DNA of 64,000 nt from Octopus vulgaris (lineage: Eukaryota). Position 1 is the stretch's first letter. Each line of letters opens with the position of its first letter. This document shows positions 54,721 through 64,000 of the stretch, piece after piece. Both the position numbers and the translations under genes were made by a program. A model generated the notes under the pieces. That model was not told where the DNA came from. It was given only the letters and a program-made list of their open reading frames with translations, and made no database searches. The stretch covers positions 112,468,001 to 112,532,000 of the forward strand of contig OX597819.1 of NCBI GenBank assembly GCA_951406725.2. The letters are read 5' to 3'.

Positions 54721-55137
54721 TCCATACTGGTGAGAAGCTCAAATTTTAAAAATTTTATTTTTATTTTCAATTTCGATTTTTATTTTCAATTAATTTTATA
54801 TATTTTGCACTTTTTAATTTTGGAATTTTTCAACACCTTATTACTTTTCATTTTAAATTTCAGTGTTAACTTTTAATGTTAATATTCAATCTATTTATTC
54901 CTTTTCAGTTTTTTAATTAGTTCTTTAACTTTTAAGGGTTTTCAGAAAGTTTTTTATCTAATATTTTAGTTTTTTGCTTCTAAGCTCTATAATACTACTT
55001 TAATCTTAATATCTCATCTTTTCATTTTATTCTAAAACTCTGTGCAATTTATTGTTATAGATTTATTTACTAATGTGTTTTTATATATTTTATTTTATCT
55101 TATTACTTTATATTTATATCTGTAAACGATTTTAATG

Positions 55138-55385
55138 TGGAGGCACATGGCTTAGTGGTTAGGCTGTCAGCACCATGATCATAAGATTGTGGTTTCGATT
55201 CCTGGACTGGGCGATGCATTGTGTTCTTGAGCAAAATACTTCATTTCACATTATTCCAGTCCACTCAGCTGGCAAAAATGAGTAACGCTGTAATGGACTG
55301 GTGTCCTGTCCAGCTGGGGAATACATACACCATAGAAACTGGGAAACTGGGCCCATGAGCCTGGCTAGGCTTTAAAAGGGTGCTT
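55138..55385 (+). mobile_element. tRNA-derived SINE (second CORE-like family)
   Basis: GGAGGCACATGGCTTAGTGGTTAG (A-box), GGTTTCGATTCC (B-box), TTCTTGAGCAAAATACTTCATTTCAC. Confidence 0.8.
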
Positions 55386-56474
55386 TTTTAAAAAAAATTT
55401 TTTAACCACACAATAAGGTTTTGCCAAGATTTTGCAGGCAAGCATGAAAGAGTTGTTTCCCTCAAACGATCTCATACAATAGAGATTGTTTTCTGCCCAC
55501 CAGTACTGGTCATGGTATTGTAAATGATGGTGCCATGTGCACCGGGTTTCCAACAGTTGAAAATGTGCAAAGATCATTGAATTGTTAATACAGAAACTTA
55601 AAGTCCTAAATGCAAGTCTCCATACTTGTATCTTTTAATATATATACATGTGTGTGAATGCGTATGTATGTACATGGGCTTTCTACCAAATTCATTCGTC
55701 CGAAACCATGTAGTAGCAAAGTGAGCTTTTTAACGCCATAACCATGCCTGTAAACTTATGCTAAATTCAGTCCAGGAATCGAAACCACAATCTTATGATC
55801 ATGGTGCTGACACCCTAACCACTAAGCCATGCACCTCCACATTAAAATAATTTACAGATTTAAATATAAAGAAATAAAATAAAATAAAATATATAAAAAC
55901 ACATTAGTAAATAAATCTATAACAATAAATTGCACAGAGTTTTAGAATAAAATGAAAAGATGAGCTATTAAGATTAAAGCAGTATTATAGAGCTTAGAAA
56001 CCAAAAATTAAAATATTAGATATAAAACTTTCTGAAAACCCTTAAAAGTTAAAGAACTAATTTCCATGCTTAAACAAATGTATGTTTATGGGTGTAAGGG
56101 TACTGGTTTGCCTTGTACTGTAGCCCTTAGTGAATTTGAATACAGCAAAAAGATCACATTCTAATTACTATAAAATACAACCTATTATGAAAAAAGATTA
56201 ACACTTATCAACAAATACAAACAACAATAAAGTTCATCAAATTCATTCACTCACTCCAAAAGGCTCAACATGGACAAGGAATGTCACTGTTTAATGAAAT
56301 TTGAGTGCAAAACCAATAACTTTTACAGTCTCCTCTAAAATTTACAAGTGCGAACCAATAAATGATACTCCTAGAAATATAAATAAAAAGATTGATTCCA
56401 ATGTGTTTTAACATACCACACCGTAATGACCTAAAATTACAAGAAATTGTCGCAGGCTGAAAATGTGAAACACA

Positions 56475-56830
56475 GACCGTTACCAGTGTCGCCTTACTGG
56501 CACTTGTGCTGGTAGCACATGAAAAAACATTCAAGCGAGGTCGTTGCCAGTGCCGCTGGACTGGCTCCTGTGCAGGTGACATGTAAAAAACACCATTTGA
56601 GCGTGGCCGTTGCCAGTACCACCTGACTGGCCCTCGTGCCAGTGGCACATAAAAGCATCCACTACACTCTCAGAGTGGTTGGCATTAGGAAGGACATCCA
56701 GCTGTAGAAACTCTGCCAGATCAGATTGGAGCCTGGTGCAGCCATCTGGTTCACCAGTCTTTAGTCAAATCGTCCAACCCATGCTAGCATGGAAAGTGGA
56801 CGTTAAACGACGACGATGATGATGATGATG
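56475..56830 (+). mobile_element. 3' region of RTE-X-like LINE with three hairpin repeat units and a (GAT)n tail
   Basis: Matches 61775-62066. Confidence 0.8.
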
Positions 56831-58587
56831 ACAAACTCAGTAACTTTCTAGACTTTCAGCTGATACTTATTTTAAAATACATACAAGTTTCATAACCTAT
56901 TAAACCATCACATGGAAATAAAGTAAGTGAAGACGCTCTTGTTGTGTCATGCTCTCATAGATAAAGAGAATCACCAGAAACTGAGAGAGATATTTGGGTG
57001 AGATGTGGACCCTTTAGGACTGGAGGTGGTGATTGATTCACTGCATCCAGTCATTGACCACATTGACTTGAACACACTGATTAATAAAATGTAGGAATTT
57101 TCTTTTAAAAAAAAATTGAATTTTAACAAAAAAGAGATAAAGAAAAAGAGACTCTAAAACTGTAAACATTAGTCTAAAAAAGCAAAAACGAGCTAAATGT
57201 GGCTACTTGGGATGTAGGGTTCGAGTAGCCATCATTCCATCTTCGCATGTTTTATATTTCATTCCTTTTTGCCATTCATTTTTCCCCCCACTTTTATGTT
57301 TGTCTGTCCTTGTGTTGTCCCCTCTGTGTTGGGCCTTTATGGCTAGAATAAAATCAGTTCAATGTAGCAAGCATTTGTACTATGATTCTATAGATTAAAA
57401 ACAATAGAATTCTGGCTTGAATGATTGCCTAACGGAATTGCTGAATGTATGGTAAGTATTGTCTCGAATCCTAGAATTCACAGGACCGGTTATCCAGTTT
57501 CCATAGGGAGATCGCAACACTCCCTTTGAACAAGACACCAGTCTGTCGCATGTTTACTTATTTACAGCTGAGTGAACTGGAGCAACATGAAATGAAGAAT
57601 TTTGCTCAAAAACACAATACCCCACCTCGTCTGGGAATTGAAACTATACTCTTGCAATTGCAAGTGCAATACTCTGATCAATAAGCACACACAATCACTG
57701 GACAAATAGCGAAAAAACTAAATATTGACAGAATAATATTCAGCCTGTTGAATAGTTATTTTGACTTCGGTGTCAACATGGCCAAAAGTTGCCTCACCAA
57801 ACTTGTGCTACACCAGTCACTGCATACTTTGAAGTCCAAATATGTGAACATTCTAGACAATGGTTCAGCATCAACTTCCATAGATATTTGTATGGCAACT
57901 AGAAATGGTAGTTAGATCATTCTTTTATTTTGTAGATTTTCAAACCAACTGAATGAATTGAAAACCCTAATTAATACTAGGAATACCAACATTCTTTTCA
58001 CAAAGGAATATTGTGAGAAGCAACAACATTGTGAAATGAATATCGTTATTTATATTATGTTAATAGTTTAAATTCACGCAAGCATTAAAACTGGCATTCA
58101 CTTCAAACCAATAGCTGCGATTTACTTTGTAACATTCAAAACATACCAAAACAAATACATCATTTAAGCTAACAAGAAGAATTTGTTCAATTGTTTTGAA
58201 TTCTGAAACTTAGAATAAACGATTCTAGTAATTAGAGAATACCACTTGAATGAAAGTGTCCTGTAATGTTAATTAAGAATTGAATAGAAGTGCAAAAGCA
58301 ATAAATATTCAGGAATTACAAATGAGAAAAGTCACTTCATAGGGGTATACTCTCTAAACTCTAGTTTATATTTTGATATGCTGCCCAACAAATAGAAAAC
58401 GGTGCTTCAACCATCAGTATGTTATACTACTATTGGAAACAATAATGAAAACACTCTGAAAGCCACAAACACCTCATCTCCATTCTCTACACACAGAATA
58501 ATCAGAAGTAAGAGACAACTACATTTCACCAAAGACTACTTATTAGTGCCAAATTTTCTGCTAAAAATACAACCTAACAGTTGAAAT

Positions 58588-58661
58588 GGCATATGGTGTA
58601 GTGGTTAAGAGCGTGGGCTACAAACCCCCAGATTCCGAGTTCGATTCCAGGCAGTGACCTG
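58588..58661 (+). mobile_element. tRNA-like Pol III head (SINE 5' end)
   Basis: A-box TGGTGTAGTGG (58594-58604) and B-box GAGTTCGATTCC (58637-58648). Acceptor stem does not close, so not a tRNA gene. Confidence 0.75.
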
Positions 58662-58737
58662 AATAATAATAATGATAATAATAAAAATAATAATGATAAT
58701 AATAATAATGATTATGATGATGATGATGATAATTAAA

Positions 58738-58912
58738 ATCATCATCATCATCATCACTTAATGTCCGTTTTCCATGCTAGCATGGGTTGGACGGTTTTGA
58801 CTGAGGGCTGGCAACCAGATGGCTGCACCAGGCTCCAGTCTTGATCTGGCAGAGTTTCTACAGATGGATGCCCTTCCTAACGCCAACCACTCCGAGGGTG
58901 TAGTGGGTGCTT
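58738..58912 (-). mobile_element. RTE-X-like 3' tail fragment
   Basis: Reverse complement of ~61885-62060, with an (ATC)n tail. Confidence 0.8.
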
Positions 58913-59387
58913 TTGTCTTGGTATAAAAGATGGGCTACGGCAAATATTCTGCTCAATACCATACATTTCCTTGTCAGTTGTTTGACCTTAACCAGTTGAG
59001 CATGTCCCTTAGTAGCTGACGATATGTGCATCTCTGATCACGAGCAGAAGTAGTGGGGGAGCATCATAGCCATGTGTTGTGAGGGATTCTTTGGGGTTTG
59101 AATAATTTACCTCTGGAAACATGGGTGTTTCGTTCAACATCCTTAAACAACCCTTATTCAGGGACCTTTTGAGCAGGATGGGTTACTCGACCAGAAGAAA
59201 ATTCTAACTGGGCCCCACCTGCAAGGTAATGTGCTGTTTATCTTGATATGAGGTCACCATGTCGTACACATATGGTTGTGATGCATGTGCCTAGTGTACC
59301 CTTACCAGATGGGTAGTCATGATGGGTATACCGGGTTTTGTATATTTTACCCCAGGGTCACTTTGATGGCATGCACTGCTCTCACTC
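58913..59387. repeat. Second copy of the (AAT)n-associated repeat
   Basis: Matches ~15240-15714. Confidence 0.75.
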
Positions 59388-59458
59388 AATAATAATAATG
59401 ATAATAACATAGGGAAAATACCTTAGGAATGAGAACCCAGGTTTGAAATTCCCACAGG

Positions 59459-59502
59459 ACACCTGATGAAGGCTGGAGAGTACATCAGCTGAAATGTTGT
59501 GT
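59459..59502 (+). ncRNA. Minimal type I hammerhead-like motif with canonical core
   Basis: ACAC-CUGAUGA-A-GGCUG-GAGAGUACAU-CAGCU-GAAA-UG-UU-GUGU. Stem I ACAC/GUGU, stem II GGCUG/CAGCU. Confidence 0.65.
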
Positions 59503-59609
59503 TAACAACAAACAAGATGAGGACAAATATCCATCAAATGTAAATAATATAAATAATGTACATAATTCCTCATCTTTCAAATATAGAACTGTATGATATA
59601 TATATATAT

Positions 59610-59745
59610 AGGCACAGAGTGGCTGTGTGGCGGGTTCAGTTCCACTGCGTGGTACCTTGGGCAAGTGTCTTCTACTATAGATTCAGGCTGACCAAAGCCT
59701 TGTGAGTGGATTTGGTAGATGGAAACTGAAAGAAGCCCTTCGTAT
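59610..59745 (+). mobile_element. CORE-like SINE 5' half (3' half resumes at ~62130-62335)
   Basis: Head through GAAACTGAAAGAAGCCC. The body CATCGCTTGACAACCGATG..CAGCATGGCCGCAGTC appears after the LINE. Confidence 0.8.
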
Positions 59746-59823
59746 ATCGTCCAACCCACACTAGCATGGAAAACGGATGATAAACGATGATGATGATGAT
59801 ATATATATATATATATATATATA

Positions 59824-62063
59824 AAGCCCCCGGCCATCAGGAATTACTGCAGAGATGCTCAAAATATCACCCGTATAGTTAACCAGGTGATACGCGAAGG
59901 AGTCATACCCAATGACTGGTGTAGCAGCATAATAGTCAACTGCTACAAAGGTAAAGGTGACGCTTTAGATACAAATAATTACAGAGGTATCAAGCTGTTG
60001 GATCAAGTAATGAAGGTTATGGAGGGGGTCATAGCCCAACTGATTGGGGAAGGAATCAGTTTGGATGAGATGTAGTTTGGTTTCCTGCCAGGGAAAAGCA
60101 CCACTGATGCCATATTTCTGGTAAGACAGCTGCAGGAGAAATAGCTAGCCAAAGATAAGCCCCTGTACCTGGCTTTTGTTGACATAGAGAAAGCCTTTGA
60201 CATGGTCCCCCGATCCCTTATCTGGTGGTCAATGAGGAAACTAGGGATAGATGAATGGTTAGTGAGAGCTGTGCAAGCCATGTACAGGGACGCTGTAAGT
60301 AAGGTGAGGGTTGGCAATGAGTACACTGAAGAATTCAGGGTAGAGGTAGGGGGTCCACCAAGGTTCAGCCCTCAGCCACCTCCTATTTATCATAGTCCTC
60401 CAGGCAATAACGGAATTCAAGACAGGATGCCACTGGGAGCTCCTCTATGCTGATAATCTTGCTCTAATTGCTGAGTCACTATCAGAACTAGAGGAGAAGT
60501 TTCAGGTGTGGAAGCAAGGATAAGAATTGAAGGGCCTTAGAGTCAACCTAGCTAAAACCAAAGTCCTAATAAGTAGGAAGGCAAGCAAACCACAAATCCC
60601 TTCAGGTAGATGGCCCTGTCCAATCTGTAGTAGAGGCGTAGGTAGAAACTCTATAAGATGTACCCAGTGTAAGCTATGAACACATAAGAGGTGCAGTAAT
60701 ATCAAAGGAAGGCTAACTGGGAAGATAGTTTTTGTATGTGGCAGATGCTCGGGAGCAATAAACACTGAAAATGTGCAGAGAACAACTTCCGCCACATTCC
60801 AGGGAAAAAAAAACTAGAAGTAGTTGATAGCTTCCATTACCTAGGTGACCAAGTCAGTAGTGGGGGAGGGTGCACTGAAAGTGTAGCTGCTAGAATAATA
60901 ATAGCTTGGACAAAGTTCAGAGAACTCTTACCTCTGCTGGTGACAAAGGACCCCTCGCTCAGAGTAAAAGGTAGACTGTATGAAGCTTGTGTACGAACAG
61001 CCATGCTACATGGCAGCGAAACATGGTCTGTGACTGCAGAGGACATGCGTAAGCTCGCAAGGAATGAAGTCAGTATGATCCGATGGATGTGTAATGTCAG
61101 TGTGCATACTCGACAGAGTGTAAGTACCTTGAGAGAAAAGTTGGACATAAGAAGCATCAGATGTGGTGTGCAAGAGAGACGACTGCATTGGTATGGTCAT
61201 GTGGTGAGAATGGGTGAGGATAGCTGTGTGAAAAAGTGCCACACCCTAGTGGTTGAGGGAACCTGTGGAAGGGGTAGACCCAGGAAGACCTGGGATGCTG
61301 TGGTGAAGCATGACCTGTGAACTTTAGGCCTCACCAAGGAAATGACTAGTGACCGAGACTTTTGGAAATATGCTGTGCTTGAGAAGACCCAGAAAGCCAA
61401 ATGAGACCATAACCTTGTGGTCTATGCCAGGAGCATAACCACTTATGCATACCTTTTCTTTCTTTGGACACTAAACTCTGCTTGCGAATACCTGTTGAGG
61501 CAAGTGAAAAACAAATCAAAATCAAATTCGATGACTGGCATTCATGTTAGAGCACCATACGAGTGTGATGATTGTTGACAGAGCAGCTAACCGGCTTCCA
61601 TACCAGTGGCACATAAAAGGCACCATTCGAGTGTGATCATTACTAGTGCTGCCTTACTGGCACTCATGCCCATGCTAGTTGGATGCCAAGAGTACCATCT
61701 GAGCGTGATCATTGCCAGAGCGGCTAACTGGCTTCTGTGCTGGTGGCACGTAAAAGGCACCATTCAAGCGTGATCATTACCAGTGTTGCCTTACTGGCAC
61801 CTGTGCCGGTGGCATGTGTAAAAGATTCGAGCGAGATTGTTGCCAGTACCACCTGAGTGGCCCCCGTACCAGTGGCACGTAAAAAGCACCCACTACACTC
61901 TCTCGGAGTGGTTGGCGTTCAGAAGGGCATCCAGGTGTAGAAACTCTGCCAGATCAAGATTGGAGCCTGGTGCAGCCATCTGGCTTACCAGCCCTCAGTC
62001 AAAATCGTCCAATCTATGCTAGCATGGAAAGCGGACGTTAAACGATGATGATGATGATGATGA

Positions 62064-62066
<3 letters not shown>
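59824..62066 (+). mobile_element. 5'-truncated, decayed RTE-X/Expander-like LINE with PHD-like insert and long 3' region
   Basis: NNYRGIKLL, FVDIEKAFD, ELLYADNL, CPIC..CTQC..HKRC..CGRC, YLGD, LHGSETW, RRLHWYGHV, RGRPRKTW; ends in (GAT)n. Confidence 0.9.
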
Positions 62067-62124
<58 letters not shown>

Positions 62125-62340
62125 TATATGTATATGTTTGTGGGTCTGTGTTTGTCCCCACCAACATCGCTTGACAACCGATGCTCGTGTGTTTACATCC
62201 CCGTCACTTAGTGAGACCGATAGAATAAGTACAAAGAATAAGTCCTGGGGTCGATTTGCTCGACTAAAGGTGGTGCTCCAGCATGGCCGCAGTCAAATGA
62301 CTGAAACAAATAAAAGAATATAAAGAAAAGAAAGAAAAAG

Positions 62341-62375
<35 letters not shown>

Positions 62376-62656
62376 CGCACACATGCACAAACACACATAC
62401 ATACATACATACATATATACACATATGTACAATATTGCACACTCAGATCTATACACATTTACACACTCTTACATGTACTGAGGTACAATGGTAGAGAGAT
62501 GAATAGGGAGAGAAGAAAGATGAGAAGGAAAATGATGATGTTGATGATGCTAACTGATGACTCCGCCCCCATGTCAGTCATTTTAAGCCATTTAGGCCTC
62601 ATTATCCAATCAGAACAGCATTGAATTTTATGAAACCATGCCCACTCTCTTCTCTG

Positions 62657-62703
<47 letters not shown>

Positions 62704-62756
62704 TTATGTGTGTGTGTGTTTGTGTGTGTGTGCATGTGTGTACATATATATATATA

Positions 62757-62795
<39 letters not shown>

Positions 62796-62804
62796 TTACA
62801 ATTA

Positions 62805-62839
<35 letters not shown>

Positions 62840-62973
62840 ACACATATATGTATGTATATATATATATATATACTCACATATAGAGAGAAAGGAAGTGAGA
62901 GGGAGGGAGAGTGGCTAAGAGTGAGACAGAGAAAAAATGTGTAAGGTTATACAAAAAATGCAAATATGCATGG

Positions 62974-63019
<46 letters not shown>

Positions 63020-63103
63020 ACACTCACACACTCAGGCACATACATATACCATCCAAAGACAAGACCACATTATAAGTTCACAAATATATTTATCTCATCC
63101 TAT

Positions 63104-63139
<36 letters not shown>

Positions 63140-63832
63140 ATCTATACTTATTTGTGTGTGTGTGTGGGTGTATGTGCATGAAAGAGTACATACACACACA
63201 TACATAAACTCACACACACACACACACACACACACATAAATACACACAGTCTTATTCTGTATCCACCAACCATGCTTCTCAAATGCTACTACTCTACCTC
63301 CACTAATCACCCTCACCTACACACATGTGTGTTTATATACATATATAAGTATAAATCTCCCACAGCTTTATCTCATTTAAGGCCACTTGCAAAAGTTCAG
63401 CCTATTGATTGGATTTTCCATTCATTTTTTTTGTTATCCCACCTGAGGGTGACGGTTATTCTTTTTTTCTCTTCCTCGTTATTATTATTATTATTGTTAT
63501 TATTATTATTATCATCGTCATCATATAACAAGTGCCAGAATCAATGACCCTATGTACAAAGTAGTTCATAAAATCGAAAACAAGTGAAAACAGTAGCAAA
63601 AACAACTACAGTCACATATACACATACATATATATATATATATATATAAAGCACATTTGCACACACACTCACAGATATACATACACATTCACAAGTATAC
63701 ATACATTATATATATATATTTAAATATATATATATATATCAATATATGTATTGAGAGAGAGAGAGACATAGATACGGAGATAGGTGTTTTGAAGATTATA
63801 AGAACTAGGTGAAAGTGAAAGAAAACTTTTAT

Positions 63833-63847
63833 TGACACCAGGTGTCA
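63833..63847. promoter_or_regulatory. Palindrome TGACACC-A-GGTGTCA (T-box-like/E-box) ending 22 nt upstream of the ATG
   Basis: Perfect 7-bp inverted repeat. Further TAGGTG at 63781 and 63806. Confidence 0.3.
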
Positions 63848-63869
63848 GGTAAATCAATAAAAATTCAAT

Positions 63870-63917
63870 ATGGAGACCAATGATATCAAACATGTAGCAA
63901 TTATTGGAGGCGGTTTG
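63870..63917 (+). CDS. KMO: First coding exon of an FAD-dependent monooxygenase, most likely kynurenine 3-monooxygenase (cinnabar orthologue)
   Basis: ATG in an AATATGG context encodes METNDIKHVAIIGGGL, followed by a perfect phase-0 donor GTAAGT (63918-63923) and a T-rich intron. Matches the KMO N-terminal VAVIGGGLVG Rossmann motif. Confidence 0.75.
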
Positions 63918-64000
63918 GTAAGTGATGCTTCAATTTTATTTTTTATTTTTGTTTCATTTCTACTATTTTCTTTTTGAATATTTTGTCTTTTTTGAAATCG

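Noticed and set aside
58588-58661. Functional tRNA gene (also the heads at 19910-19981 and 55138-55210)
   Set aside because: A/B boxes are present but acceptor stems do not close, and the latter two continue into repeated SINE bodies.
61530-61890. CRISPR-like repeat-spacer array
   Set aside because: Units are diverged whole-unit tandem repeats without unique spacers, inside a eukaryotic LINE 3' region, and there are no cas genes.

Overview
AT-rich, microsatellite-saturated animal genomic DNA made almost entirely of transposable-element debris. The SINE families, (TA/CA/TATC/CATA)n load and LINE types suggest an octopod cephalopod (inference, no search run). Nearly all listed ORFs are simple-repeat read-throughs or transposon fragments. 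Recognisable elements: several tRNA-derived SINE families; RTE-BovB-like, RTE-X-like, CR1/L2-group, R4/Dong, HERO-like and Tx1-like LINEs; two Penelope-like GIY-YIG remnants; Helitron ends plus a Pif1-helicase fragment; and Merlin-type MITEs with Tc1, mariner, pogo and hAT relics. The only host-gene signal is a 48-nt first coding exon at the right edge (METNDIKHVAIIGGGL then GTAAGT), best matching kynurenine 3-monooxygenase. The main non-coding signals are five minimal hammerhead-ribozyme-like motifs (one possibly joined to a tRNA/Pol III head), retroelements sorted by microsatellite type, Helitron head-to-tail and tail-to-tail junctions, and a structured tandem array in an RTE-X 3' region. 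No complete new multi-gene system is evident.
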